DNA from: an uncultured Clostridium sp.
GTDB taxonomy: Bacteria > Bacillota > Clostridia > TANB77 > CAG-508
Length of the DNA: 56,967 nt
Assembly (NCBI GenBank): GCA_946545015.1
Contig: CAMNMV010000003.1
Span: 1-56,967, forward strand
Reading direction: 5' to 3'
The notes under the pieces were generated by a model that did not search any database, was not told the origin of the DNA, and was given only the letters and a program-made list of their open reading frames with translations. Positions 1 to 9,238 of the stretch are shown piece by piece. The translations under genes were made by a program, and so were the position numbers. Position 1 is the first letter of the stretch. Each line of letters begins with the position of its first letter.

Positions 1-174
1 TACTATAGACTCATCTTCAATTTTATATTCCCATTTATATGGAACGCCTCCATTAGTCTTATAAGTCAGTTCTAACTCTTTAGTTCCTTCTGAACTTGAA
101 ATTATAACTTTTATAACAACAAATAAAACAATTACAAATATTATTCCAATACCTAACATTACTTTTTTATTCAT
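1..174 (-). CDS. Partial (runs off window) exported protein, probably protease inhibitor I42/chagasin-like
   Basis: Hand translation MNKKVMLGIGIIFVIVLFVVIKVIISSSEGTKELELTYKTNGGVPYKWEYKIEDESIV; N-terminal TM segment, N-x-x-x-x-Y-x-W motif, GAGG RBS; not in the ORF track. Confidence 0.6.
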   Translation of the reverse strand, partial: MNKKVMLGIGIIFVIVLFVVIKVIISSSEGTKELELTYKTNGGVPYKWEYKIEDESIV

Positions 175-233
175 ATATCTTACCTCTAAATTCCAAAATA
201 TTGTACACAAAATACTAATTCTTATTATATAAT

Positions 234-268
234 AAGGGACTGATAATTTCAACTAATTATCAGCCCTT
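234..268 (-). terminator. Intrinsic terminator hairpin
   Basis: aagggactgataatt...aattatcagccctt inverted repeat 20 nt downstream of the 289 stop. Confidence 0.7.
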
Positions 269-288
269 TATATTGCAATACTTTATTT

Positions 289-1296
289 TTATTTAATTGC
301 TATTCTCATTTTATATGAATACATAGCGTCCAAAGTTTGCCCTTTAAATACTTTAGATAGCCTTTCATCTAATGTATTAAGTTCTTCAATTATTGCACCA
401 TAATTATATTTAATTGCACGTTGCATACTACTTTGACTTAATAAAAATTTCTTAAATCTCTCTTGAGCATATTTTTCTGTATGTGCAAAACATATTTCTC
501 TTGAATATTCGAATAATCCGCTTTTCCTTATATTATTCAAATGTTCTGTTTTATTGGTAACCCACTTATTATCATGATTTTCTAAGCTCACTGTTTTTCT
601 ACGAAGATAACCATCTAATTGTTCAAGTTCTTTATTTATTACAGGTGGATAATCAGCATCTATTACAGCAAATACTCCACCTTTTTTTAGTATTCTATAT
701 ACCTCTTTAAGTGTTGATTCTGGTTTCATCCAATGAAATGCTTGTGAACAAATAACAATATCAGCACATTCATTTTCTAATCCTGTTTTATCTCCATATC
801 CTTGAATAAATTTCATTTTTTCATTTTCTTTTGTTCTTGCTTTGCTTAACATATCTATTGATGGCTCTATTCCTATAACATTATCAGCGAATAGAATACA
901 TACTTCTGTTGACAATCCTGTTCCACAACCTATATCTACAATAGTGTTTATATCTTTTTTTAAATATATTTTCAAAATCTCAATAGCTTTACTTGGTAAT
1001 TTAGGTCTTCCTTCATCATAAGTATCTGCATAGCCTAAAAATCTCTCATATAACTTTTCAGTATTTTTAATGTCATCGCTTAATAATTCAAAATCAGCTA
1101 AATTTTCATTAATTAATTCATTCATTTTGCATTTCAAAACATTACAAAGTTTAAATATGTTTTCAACAGTTGGATATGATTCTCCTAATTCCCATTTAGA
1201 TACACTTTGCCTTGATACATCAACTAATTCAGCAAGTTGTTCCTGACTTATTTGCATATTTTTCCTTATATTATATAGATTTTCACTAAATTTCAT
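289..1296 (-). CDS. XRE-family HTH fused to class I SAM-dependent methyltransferase
   Basis: SQEQLAELVDVSRQSVSKWE (XRE HTH); VDIGCGTG and CSQAFHW (MTase motifs); start moved to ATG 1296 after AAGGAGG. Confidence 0.85.
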   Translation of the reverse strand: MKFSENLYNIRKNMQISQEQLAELVDVSRQSVSKWELGESYPTVENIFKLCNVLKCKMNELINENLADFELLSDDIKNTEKLYERFLGYADTYDEGRPKLPSKAIEILKIYLKKDINTIVDIGCGTGLSTEVCILFADNVIGIEPSIDMLSKARTKENEKMKFIQGYGDKTGLENECADIVICSQAFHWMKPESTLKEVYRILKKGGVFAVIDADYPPVINKELEQLDGYLRRKTVSLENHDNKWVTNKTEHLNNIRKSGLFEYSREICFAHTEKYAQERFKKFLLSQSSMQRAIKYNYGAIIEELNTLDERLSKVFKGQTLDAMYSYKMRIAIK

Positions 1297-1319
1297 TAAT
1301 AATTCCTCCTTTGTATGCA

Positions 1320-1363
1320 ATTATACTCTGGTTTATATCATTTTTCTAGCAACCTATAGTTGC
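1320..1363 (-). promoter_or_regulatory. Putative promoter with GCAAC-N5-GTTGC palindrome (candidate XRE operator)
   Basis: TAGAAA-17-TATAAT on minus strand; palindrome at 1349-1363 abuts the -35. Confidence 0.45.
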
Positions 1364-1378
1364 ACTTTTAGGTAAAAA

Positions 1379-1900
1379 CTATTTATATAATGAAAATGTT
1401 AAAATACTGTCGCCTTCACCTAGAATATCTTTTAATTCTTGTGAATTAACATCTTTTATTTTTCCTAATTTTGTATAATTCCATGAATTGGAATCATAAA
1501 ATAAAGATATCTGATTTCCCTGATATAATACTAAATCTCCTGGTATCGTTGTTATATTTTTATCTTCACGTGGAAGAGAAAAGCCTAAATCCCCAACTTT
1601 TTCAAAGCCGCCATATTCATGGACTTTTATTGTAATATCTTCATTTTTTAATTTTTCAACTAATTTTTCAGTAGCTAAATTATCTTCTAATTCTATATTT
1701 AATACTTGGTTATTCACTTTTATATATATTGTACCCATATCTTCAACCTTATTTTCTTTAATGTTTTTTTCATTATTTTCTTCATTAATTTTTCCAATAT
1801 CGTTATATTCCTCTTTATTGTTTCTTGGAGTTAAAAATATTACTAGTGTAAAGATAACAACTAATATTAAAGCAATTAATATCACTATCTTTTTATTCAT
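1379..1900 (-). CDS. Cyclophilin-like fold protein with N-terminal membrane anchor
   Basis: YGGFEKVGDLGFSLP, PGDLVLYQGNQISLFY, YTKLGKI motifs. Confidence 0.8.
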   Translation of the reverse strand: MNKKIVILIALILVVIFTLVIFLTPRNNKEEYNDIGKINEENNEKNIKENKVEDMGTIYIKVNNQVLNIELEDNLATEKLVEKLKNEDITIKVHEYGGFEKVGDLGFSLPREDKNITTIPGDLVLYQGNQISLFYDSNSWNYTKLGKIKDVNSQELKDILGEGDSILTFSLYK

Positions 1901-1911
1901 CTTTTCACATC

Positions 1912-2940
1912 CTATTTTATATTTTTTCTTATAAACTCTTCCATTTTGTCAAATGGAATTATATCTTTTTGATCATATAAATCACAATGTGAAGCACCTT
2001 CTACTGTTAATAATTCTTTATTATCTGTATACTTACTATCTTTTATCATATTTTCATATGCATCTTTTCCAAAATAATAAGAATGTGCTTTATTACCATG
2101 TACTATCATTACTGCGTTTCTAATTTCATTGGAATAATAAAGCAATCTTGTATTTAAAAGTGATGTTCCAGCTGTTACACTCCATCCACCATTTGAATTC
2201 AAACTTCTTCTATGATATCCACGAGAAGTCTTATAATATGCATAATAATCTTTTACAAATTGTGGTGCATCATCTGGTAATGGATCTATTACTCCACCTG
2301 CAAGTGCATATTCTTTATTCTTAAAATCTTCAGTTCTTTGAGTATTTATTTTAATTCTTGCTTGATATCTTTTTTCTTCATTATCTTCTTGGTCAAAATA
2401 ACCATTTCCTGTAACTCTTGACATATCATACATAGTTGAAGCAATTGTTGCTTTTATTCTTGTATCAATACATGCTGTTTGAATTGCCATACCTCCCCAA
2501 CCACATATTCCTATTATTGATATTTTTTCACTATCAACATTTTCTAAGTTAGATAAAAAATCTACTGCTGATTGAAAATCTTCTACATTTATATCAGGAG
2601 AATTCATATATCTTGGTTCTCCACTGCTTTCTCCTGTAAATGATGGATCAAATGCTACTGTCAAAAATCCTCTTTCAGCCATTTCTTGTGCATACAATCC
2701 TGAACTTTGTTCCTTAACTGCGCCAAAAGGTCCACATACTGCTATTGCAGGTAGCAATCCATTATATTCTTTAGGTATATACATATCTGCCGCTATTGTA
2801 ATTCCAAAATGGTTTTTAAAAGTCACTTTTTTATGATTTACAATTTCACTTTTTGGAAACACTTTATCCCATTCTTCAGTCAATATCAACTCTTCTTCTT
2901 TTATTTTACTACTTGTAATTTCCCCATAATTAATTCCCAT
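1912..2940 (-). CDS. Alpha/beta hydrolase (YcjY-like)
   Basis: GPFGAVKEQ, GICGWGG nucleophile elbow, GASHCDLYD. Confidence 0.85.
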   Translation of the reverse strand: MGINYGEITSSKIKEEELILTEEWDKVFPKSEIVNHKKVTFKNHFGITIAADMYIPKEYNGLLPAIAVCGPFGAVKEQSSGLYAQEMAERGFLTVAFDPSFTGESSGEPRYMNSPDINVEDFQSAVDFLSNLENVDSEKISIIGICGWGGMAIQTACIDTRIKATIASTMYDMSRVTGNGYFDQEDNEEKRYQARIKINTQRTEDFKNKEYALAGGVIDPLPDDAPQFVKDYYAYYKTSRGYHRRSLNSNGGWSVTAGTSLLNTRLLYYSNEIRNAVMIVHGNKAHSYYFGKDAYENMIKDSKYTDNKELLTVEGASHCDLYDQKDIIPFDKMEEFIRKNIK

Positions 2941-3527
2941 TAAAAATCCTCCTTATTTATAGTTTGCTCATGATGTCCATAATATATTTTTGATATATTA
3001 TGGCTTAATATATCATTCCAACTATTATTTATCTTTTCATCATTAAATGCCTTTGCTGATTTTAAATCATATAAATCTCCGACAAAAGCCCCTCCATTAT
3101 CTAATATCATAGAAATACTATCTTCACTGTGTCCTGGAGTATATATTATTTCTCCATCTATTCCTAATTTTTTTAAAAACTCTCTGCTTTCATCACATGA
3201 AATTATTACTGGTTTGGTATTTATTGGATTAAAATTTGTATTTTTATCTTTTTCTAATATTTTGTCTGAGCAATGTATATAATCTTTCTGAACATCTACT
3301 ACTAATAATTTTGTATTCATATTATCTAATATATCTTGTGCTATCCCCATATGATCTGGATGATAATGTGTAATCAAAAGATAATCTATATTTTTTATAT
3401 TCAATTCTTTAATTTTTTTATAAAACAAGTGTAAAGTACCAGCCCAGTCTGTATCAACTAGTATACTTCCATTCTTTCCTTCTATATAGTAACAATTTGT
3501 GTTACCATATTTCACCAATTGTATCAT
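2940..3527 (-). CDS. MBL-fold metallo-hydrolase
   Basis: THYHPDHMG, TPGHS, VGD, YGH. Confidence 0.9.
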   Translation of the reverse strand: MIQLVKYGNTNCYYIEGKNGSILVDTDWAGTLHLFYKKIKELNIKNIDYLLITHYHPDHMGIAQDILDNMNTKLLVVDVQKDYIHCSDKILEKDKNTNFNPINTKPVIISCDESREFLKKLGIDGEIIYTPGHSEDSISMILDNGGAFVGDLYDLKSAKAFNDEKINNSWNDILSHNISKIYYGHHEQTINKEDF

Positions 3528-3561
3528 GATATTATCCTTTCATTTACTATTTATCCATCTT

Positions 3562-3678
3562 TTAAATCCAATTTTCTATTTTATTTTTAGAATTTTTGCA
3601 GTCTACGCCTCTTATTGCAATGTTATCGTCTAATACATTTGCTCCTTTACAAATTCTTTTAACATCTTTTGGAACCCT
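3562..3678 (-). pseudogene. C-terminal remnant of a flavodoxin
   Basis: Hand translation RVPKDVKRICKGANVLDDNIAIRGVDCKNSKNKIENWI*; no start codon, begins about 10 nt after the upstream stop. Confidence 0.65.
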
Positions 3679-3688
3679 TCTATAAATA

Positions 3689-4432
3689 TTATTTTAATAA
3701 CTTTTCTAATGCATTTGCATTTAAAATAGTATTGGATATAAATTCTCCCTTATAAAAATTAGCCCAATTGTTAAAAACACAAGGAGCATTTTTAGCTTTT
3801 TCTAAAGAATCTATTTTAATAAAATTTAACCTTATATTTTTTTCTTTTGCATAATCTGATAATTCTTTTACTTCATATTCTACATAAGGGCATTCATTAC
3901 TATAATAAATAGTAAATTCTTGATTATCAATTTTCATATTTCTTGCATTTTTATTAAACTTTGGTGTTTCACTTTCTTCGAATTTTAGTGCTAACAATTC
4001 ATAATCACCTATACTATCTACAACTTCAAATCCATAATGTTCAAAGAATTTCTTTTCTCCTAAAAATGGTTTTTTCTTTTTAGATACTAAAGTACAAATA
4101 CCGCTTTTACCTTTTTCTTTAGAATCATTTATTGCATATTGAATCAATTCTTTTCCAATTCCTTTTCCTTTAAAACTTCCTGCAACCCATAAACAATAAA
4201 TGTATTCATAATTTTCTCCACTGATAGGAACCCATGATGTTTCTAATGGTTCATATTCTATAAATATTTTTCCTCTTGCATTTAATTTTCTAAATACATG
4301 TCCATCTTTTAATTTTTCTTTTATCCATTGTTTTTTACAATCAACTCCATCTTGATGTTTTGGATCACCTATTGCACAGCATATATGTTCATCATCAATA
4401 TTTTCCAATGTTAAATTTATATATTCATTCAT
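3689..4432 (-). CDS. GNAT acetyltransferase with YoaP domain
   Basis: EHICCAI, FIEYEP, CLWVAGSFKGKGIG, ECPY, AKNAPC; start at ATG 4432 after GAGGAG. Confidence 0.85.
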   Translation of the reverse strand: MNEYINLTLENIDDEHICCAIGDPKHQDGVDCKKQWIKEKLKDGHVFRKLNARGKIFIEYEPLETSWVPISGENYEYIYCLWVAGSFKGKGIGKELIQYAINDSKEKGKSGICTLVSKKKKPFLGEKKFFEHYGFEVVDSIGDYELLALKFEESETPKFNKNARNMKIDNQEFTIYYSNECPYVEYEVKELSDYAKEKNIRLNFIKIDSLEKAKNAPCVFNNWANFYKGEFISNTILNANALEKLLK

Positions 4433-4480
4433 AATTTTGTTTCTCCTCATTTTTCTTTTTATATTATGCTTATTTCTATT

Positions 4481-4697
4481 TTACCATATAAATGGTATTA
4501 CTTTATATTTTACTTTTTCTTTATATTCTGCATATCCTTTTAAATCTTTTCCTAGAATATGTATTTTCTCTTAAAACCTCTGCATACAAAATATATGCTA
4601 TTACGAATAAAACAGAAGATATTATTATTACAATATCAGGTAATTTTATCCAATTAAATCTAAAATTAAGTCCTGAAACTATAAAACCTGTTAAAAA
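4481..4697 (-). pseudogene. Truncated, internally deleted isoprenylcysteine-carboxyl/phospholipid methyltransferase family gene
   Basis: FLTGFIVSGLNFRFNWIKLP...YILYAEVLRENTY joined out of frame near 4556 to LGKDLKGYAEYKEKVKYKVIPFIW*. Confidence 0.75.
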
Positions 4698-4712
4698 CTC
4701 AAAATTCCTTTT

Positions 4713-5288
4713 TTATTTTTCTTGTTCATACCATTTTGCAAATTCTTTCATTGCTTGTACTGAACCGTCAATTTTTCTTCTTTCTTCTCTTTCTTTATCA
4801 TCCATTTCCGCCAATGTTTTATCAAAACCTTGTGGTTTAAAAATATACCATAAATCAGACCATTTTTCCTTTCTATTTAAGCCTTGAACTTTTTTGGATA
4901 AATTACCTGGATGTCTCCCATAAAAATAGTGTATTTGTTTTCCATCATGATATGCTAAACATTCATTAAAAGCACACTTTCTATTTTCTTTGTTTTCCAT
5001 CAGTTTCAAAATACCATCAATTCCTATAGTATCTAATGAAAAATTCACAAAAGCTCTTGGAAAGCCATTTAATTCATCAATTCTAAAGTCAGTATCCATC
5101 GCTAAACAAGGCCTTTTTACTATCTCATATGCCTGTTTTACTTTAGCAGTCGCTATTTCTTTAATATCATCACTTCTAGGTTCATCTAATTCATAATTAA
5201 AAGTTGTAAATTTCAAATTTCTAAAATACTTTTCTGCTGATTTTATTTTTCCTATATTATGTGTGACAAAAACTATTTCATTTTCCAT
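4713..5288 (-). CDS. Ham1/ITPase-like non-canonical purine NTP pyrophosphatase
   Basis: FVTHNIGK, ATAK, AMDTDFRIDELNGFP. Confidence 0.8.
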   Translation of the reverse strand: MENEIVFVTHNIGKIKSAEKYFRNLKFTTFNYELDEPRSDDIKEIATAKVKQAYEIVKRPCLAMDTDFRIDELNGFPRAFVNFSLDTIGIDGILKLMENKENRKCAFNECLAYHDGKQIHYFYGRHPGNLSKKVQGLNRKEKWSDLWYIFKPQGFDKTLAEMDDKEREERRKIDGSVQAMKEFAKWYEQEK

Positions 5289-5303
5289 TATATTTCTCCT
5301 AAT

Positions 5304-5852
5304 TTATTTATTCTTTATCCATTCTTCTTTAAGCAATCCTGTAATATATTCATCTTCAACATTACCTGTTGCTTGTGATATGAATTTTTTTCTTTTTATT
5401 CCTTCATCTTTATATCCAAACTTTAATTGCATGTTACGCGATTTTACATTATCTTTGAAATATCCATTTTCTAATCTTCTTAATCCTAATTCTTCAAATG
5501 CATATTTTATTCTTGCTCCAAATGCCTCTGTTCCATATCCATGTCCTTGGTATTTTTCATTTAGCCAAATACCTCCGCCAGCTGTTCCATTTGCATAACT
5601 TATATTACTAATTTGAGTTCCTCCAATTACTTTATTTTCTTCTTTTAGTACAATAGCAAAATTATACAAATTGTTTTCTATTGTTTTATTTATAAATTTT
5701 TTTGCATCTTCTACTGTATATGGAAATGGTGCTCCTGCTAGCCATTTGCTAACATTTATATTATTCAATCCTTCTACTAAATCATCTATATCTTCTAAAG
5801 TCCATATTCTCAATATTAATCTATCTGTTTCAATTATTATATTTTTTTCCAT
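5304..5852 (-). CDS. RimJ/RimL-type GNAT acetyltransferase
   Basis: IETDRLILR, YQGHGYGTEA, NVKSRNMQLKFGY; start at ATG 5852. Confidence 0.9.
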   Translation of the reverse strand: MEKNIIIETDRLILRIWTLEDIDDLVEGLNNINVSKWLAGAPFPYTVEDAKKFINKTIENNLYNFAIVLKEENKVIGGTQISNISYANGTAGGGIWLNEKYQGHGYGTEAFGARIKYAFEELGLRRLENGYFKDNVKSRNMQLKFGYKDEGIKRKKFISQATGNVEDEYITGLLKEEWIKNK

Positions 5853-5879
5853 ATTTTCTCCTAACAAATTTATAACTTA

Positions 5880-7640
5880 TTAACTTTCTATTAATTGGCA
5901 TAAATCACTAATTTTTTCAGGAGTAATTCCCAAATTTTCTAGTAATTGTTTTGCATCATATCTATCATAAAATTCTTTATCTAATCCCAAATTTTTAACT
6001 TTAATATTTGAAATTCCTAAATAACTAGCAATTTTTTGTCCAAATCCACCATCTATAATTCCATCTTCCAATGTAATTACTAATTGGTGTTTTTCTTTTA
6101 AAGAATCCAAACATTGTTTATCTATATCATTAATAAACCTTGGATTAATTAGTGTAGGTTTAAATCCGAATTTTTCTTCTATTAATTTAGAAGCTTGTTC
6201 TCCTATTTGATAAAAATCACCAGCAGCAATTAGAGCGACTTTTTCTCCTTGTTGTTCAACTTTAAATTTATTTATACAATTTGAATAATCAATTATTCCT
6301 TCACGATTATCATTTATAACGCCATTTCCTGGCATTAATAACATTACAGGATATTTATTTTGATCTACAGCCCAATTAAGCATTGATAGATATTCTTGTT
6401 TATTCGTAGGAGCTAAAATTAATAAATTTGGAATATGTGAAAATGCAGAAATTGTAAATATTCCTAAATGAGTTACATCATTTAATCCGAAAACTGATGT
6501 ATATCCTAACACTATTGTTGCAGCATTATTATTTATGCATAAATCTTGTGATATTTGATCATAAGTTCTTTGGATGAATGTAGAGTTTGTTCCAAATACT
6601 GGTTTTCCTCCATTTTTGGCAATTCCTGAAATTAATCCTACTGCATTTTCTTCAGCAATTCCTACATCTATAAACTGTTTTCCAGCTTGTATTCTTTTTT
6701 CTTCTGTAAAACCAAAGCTTGTTGGAACTCCTGCCGCAACAGCTACTACTTTATTATCACTTTTCATTTTATCTAGTAATAAATCGGCGGTTAAGTTTGT
6801 ATAATCTTCCATACTTCCAAAATCAATTAAAGATTTTCCAGTTTTCCTATCAAACGGACTAGCCCAATGCCAATTTTCCCTATTTTCTTCTGCTAATTTA
6901 TATCCTTTTCCTTTAATTGTATTAATATGAACAACTATTGGATGATCTATGTCTTTTACTTTTTGAAATAATTTAATCAATTTTTCAATATTATTTCCTT
7001 CTTCTTCATATATATAATCTAATCCAAATGCTGTAAATAAATTAGTTTTAGCAGTTCCATTTCTTAGTTCTTCTAAATTTTTATATAACCCACCATGATT
7101 TTCTGCAATTGACTGTTGGTTATCATTTACTATAATTATTAAATTAGAATTTAATTCTGAACCTGCAAAATCCAACGCCTCTAGTGCTTCTCCTCCACTC
7201 AAAGATCCATCTCCAATTACAGCAATTATATTTTCATTATCATTTTTCAAATCTCTTCCTTTAGCCAAACCACAAGCAAGAGAAACAGATGTAGAAGTAT
7301 GCCCTATTATAAAATGATCATGTTCAGATTCTTCTGGAGCTGAATATCCTGATATCTCCATTATTCTCTCTTCATCAATATATCCATATGCCCTTCCTGT
7401 TAGCATTTTGTGTGGATATGTTTGATGTGATACATCAAATACAAATTTATCTTTTGGAGAATTAAACACATAATGCATAGCAATTGTTGCTTCAACAAAT
7501 CCAAAATTTGGTCCAAAATGTCCTCCTATTTTTGTCAATCTATTGAATAATCCTTCTCTAATTTCTCCTGCTAAAATATCTAATTCTTCTAAATTTAATT
7601 TTTTAACATCTTCTGGTCCATTAATATTTTCTAAATACAT
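5880..7640 (-). CDS. dxs: 1-deoxy-D-xylulose-5-phosphate synthase
   Basis: GGHFGPN, FDVSHQTYPHK, GHTSTS, GDGSLSGGEALE, DVGIAEE. Confidence 0.93.
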   Translation of the reverse strand: MYLENINGPEDVKKLNLEELDILAGEIREGLFNRLTKIGGHFGPNFGFVEATIAMHYVFNSPKDKFVFDVSHQTYPHKMLTGRAYGYIDEERIMEISGYSAPEESEHDHFIIGHTSTSVSLACGLAKGRDLKNDNENIIAVIGDGSLSGGEALEALDFAGSELNSNLIIIVNDNQQSIAENHGGLYKNLEELRNGTAKTNLFTAFGLDYIYEEEGNNIEKLIKLFQKVKDIDHPIVVHINTIKGKGYKLAEENRENWHWASPFDRKTGKSLIDFGSMEDYTNLTADLLLDKMKSDNKVVAVAAGVPTSFGFTEEKRIQAGKQFIDVGIAEENAVGLISGIAKNGGKPVFGTNSTFIQRTYDQISQDLCINNNAATIVLGYTSVFGLNDVTHLGIFTISAFSHIPNLLILAPTNKQEYLSMLNWAVDQNKYPVMLLMPGNGVINDNREGIIDYSNCINKFKVEQQGEKVALIAAGDFYQIGEQASKLIEEKFGFKPTLINPRFINDIDKQCLDSLKEKHQLVITLEDGIIDGGFGQKIASYLGISNIKVKNLGLDKEFYDRYDAKQLLENLGITPEKISDLCQLIES

Positions 7641-7685
7641 TTTTTCCTCCTTGTATAAAATATAATTTAAAATTTAATTTTAACT

Positions 7686-8261
7686 TTATTTTACATTTTT
7701 ATTTCTAATGTAATCTCCGTTAAACTCATTTTCAAGTATATCCATATGAAGTTTATCATAATATTTACCATTTAAAAATATTTCTTCTCTACTTCTTCCT
7801 GTATCTTTAAATCCACATTTTAAATAACATCTATGTGCTCTTTCATTTACTTCAAGTAAATCTAATCTAATACTATGTAAATTCACATATTTGAAACCAT
7901 ATTCTAATAATAATTTTATTGCTTCTGTTCCATATCCATTATTTCTAAAATTTGCATCTCCAATAAATATTCCTAAAACTGCACTTCTTTGAATCCAATC
8001 AATATTCTCTAATCCAATTGTTCCTATAAGCTTATTAGAGTTTAATTCTACAATATTAAAATTTCTGTTTTCAGTATTTCTTACTGAATTTTCCAGCCAT
8101 TCTTTTTCTCCTACTAATGTTGTAATTTGTCCGCTTCTCCCTGTATAATCTGTAACATTAAAATCATTCATCCATTCAGTAAATTTTTGAATTTCTTCTT
8201 CTGAAACACCTTTAGGTGATAAATATATTCTGTCTCCTACTAATTTTTTAAAACTCTCCAT
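7686..8261 (-). CDS. RimJ/RimL-type GNAT acetyltransferase
   Basis: LGIFIG, RNNGYGTEA, NERAHRCYLKCGF. Confidence 0.9.
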   Translation of the reverse strand: MESFKKLVGDRIYLSPKGVSEEEIQKFTEWMNDFNVTDYTGRSGQITTLVGEKEWLENSVRNTENRNFNIVELNSNKLIGTIGLENIDWIQRSAVLGIFIGDANFRNNGYGTEAIKLLLEYGFKYVNLHSIRLDLLEVNERAHRCYLKCGFKDTGRSREEIFLNGKYYDKLHMDILENEFNGDYIRNKNVK

Positions 8262-8381
8262 ATTCTGCTCCTTTCTAATTTAACTTTTTATTTAACCTTA
8301 ATTTATATTAGCATTATTAAACTATTTAACTATTTTACAATATTTTTTAATTTCAATAATATTTTTTATTTATTCTAGCAT

Positions 8382-8412
8382 AAAAGCAAGTGAGTTTCAA
8401 TCACTTGCTTTT
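8382..8412. repeat. Palindrome family A copy 1 (AAAGCAAGTGA-N7-TCACTTGCTTT); terminator-like and overlapping a promoter
   Basis: Perfect arms; minus strand reads TTGAAA-17-TAGAAT with an extended TG. Confidence 0.8.
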
Positions 8413-8441
8413 TATTATTTTTCTAATTATAAATATATAAT

Positions 8442-9116
8442 TTATCTTTCGTAATCATCTTCTTTATTACTTTCTTTATCATTTTTATGATAATTTTTTT
8501 CTTTATTTTCAGTTTCTATATCATTAGATTTTTCACGCTCCATTTCAAACATATAGAAAAATTTACCATGTCTATGTCTTATAGGTTCTAAATTTTTAGC
8601 TCTATCATATACATATCTTGCAACATCATAAGCACTTAAAACTTTATTATCTGAATCAGTCACAATATCAATTTGATTTTTACTTATTGAAGTTGGTATA
8701 TTTATATCAAATTCGCTAAACGCAGGAATTCTTGCTTGTTCTAATTGTTTTTCTGTAGGTAATACTCTAAAATATACTTCATCTTGTAATTTTCTAATCA
8801 TAGCTTTGCAGCTATCTTCTAAACTAATTGGATTATCCAAATTAAAATCATCTATTTCCTTAAAATATTTCTTATACTCTTCTGGTATTTGAGATATTTT
8901 TAATTCTTCACTAAGTTTATTTAAAAAAGAATTTATAATACCTATTATACCTTTTCCACCTTTTGAAATAGATACATTAGGTCTATCATTTACTATTTTG
9001 CTAGCAGTTCCTATCTGTGGGATTAGCCCATTATTCAATATACTATTAATATTCTTTTTATTGGTAAAATGAAAATAATCTTGATTTAAATCACATTTAT
9101 TTATATCAATATTCAT
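8442..9116 (-). CDS. Hypothetical protein with putative ADP-ribosyltransferase-like fold
   Basis: YFHFTNKKNINSILNNGLIP, VSISK, VYFRV, EFDINIPTSISKNQI; ATG 9116 after AGGTGA; own TG-TATAAT at about 9157-9165. Confidence 0.5.
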   Translation of the reverse strand: MNIDINKCDLNQDYFHFTNKKNINSILNNGLIPQIGTASKIVNDRPNVSISKGGKGIIGIINSFLNKLSEELKISQIPEEYKKYFKEIDDFNLDNPISLEDSCKAMIRKLQDEVYFRVLPTEKQLEQARIPAFSEFDINIPTSISKNQIDIVTDSDNKVLSAYDVARYVYDRAKNLEPIRHRHGKFFYMFEMEREKSNDIETENKEKNYHKNDKESNKEDDYER

Positions 9117-9203
9117 TACTATCACCTACTTAAAAATTAGTAATATCTTATACTTAATTATACCATAAAACTGTTTAAAAATAAAGAAAAATCACAAAAA
9201 GAG

Positions 9204-9232
9204 AAAGCAAATGATTAAAACTCACTTGCTTT
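9204..9232. repeat. Palindrome family A copy 2 (inverted relative to copy 1)
   Basis: aaagcaaatgattaaaactcacttgcttt; its reverse complement differs from copy 1 at 2 positions. Confidence 0.8.
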
Positions 9233-9238
9233 ATATAC

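Noticed and set aside
4492-4887. 131-aa plus-strand ORF
   Set aside because: Antisense shadow of the ICMT remnant and the Ham1-like gene.
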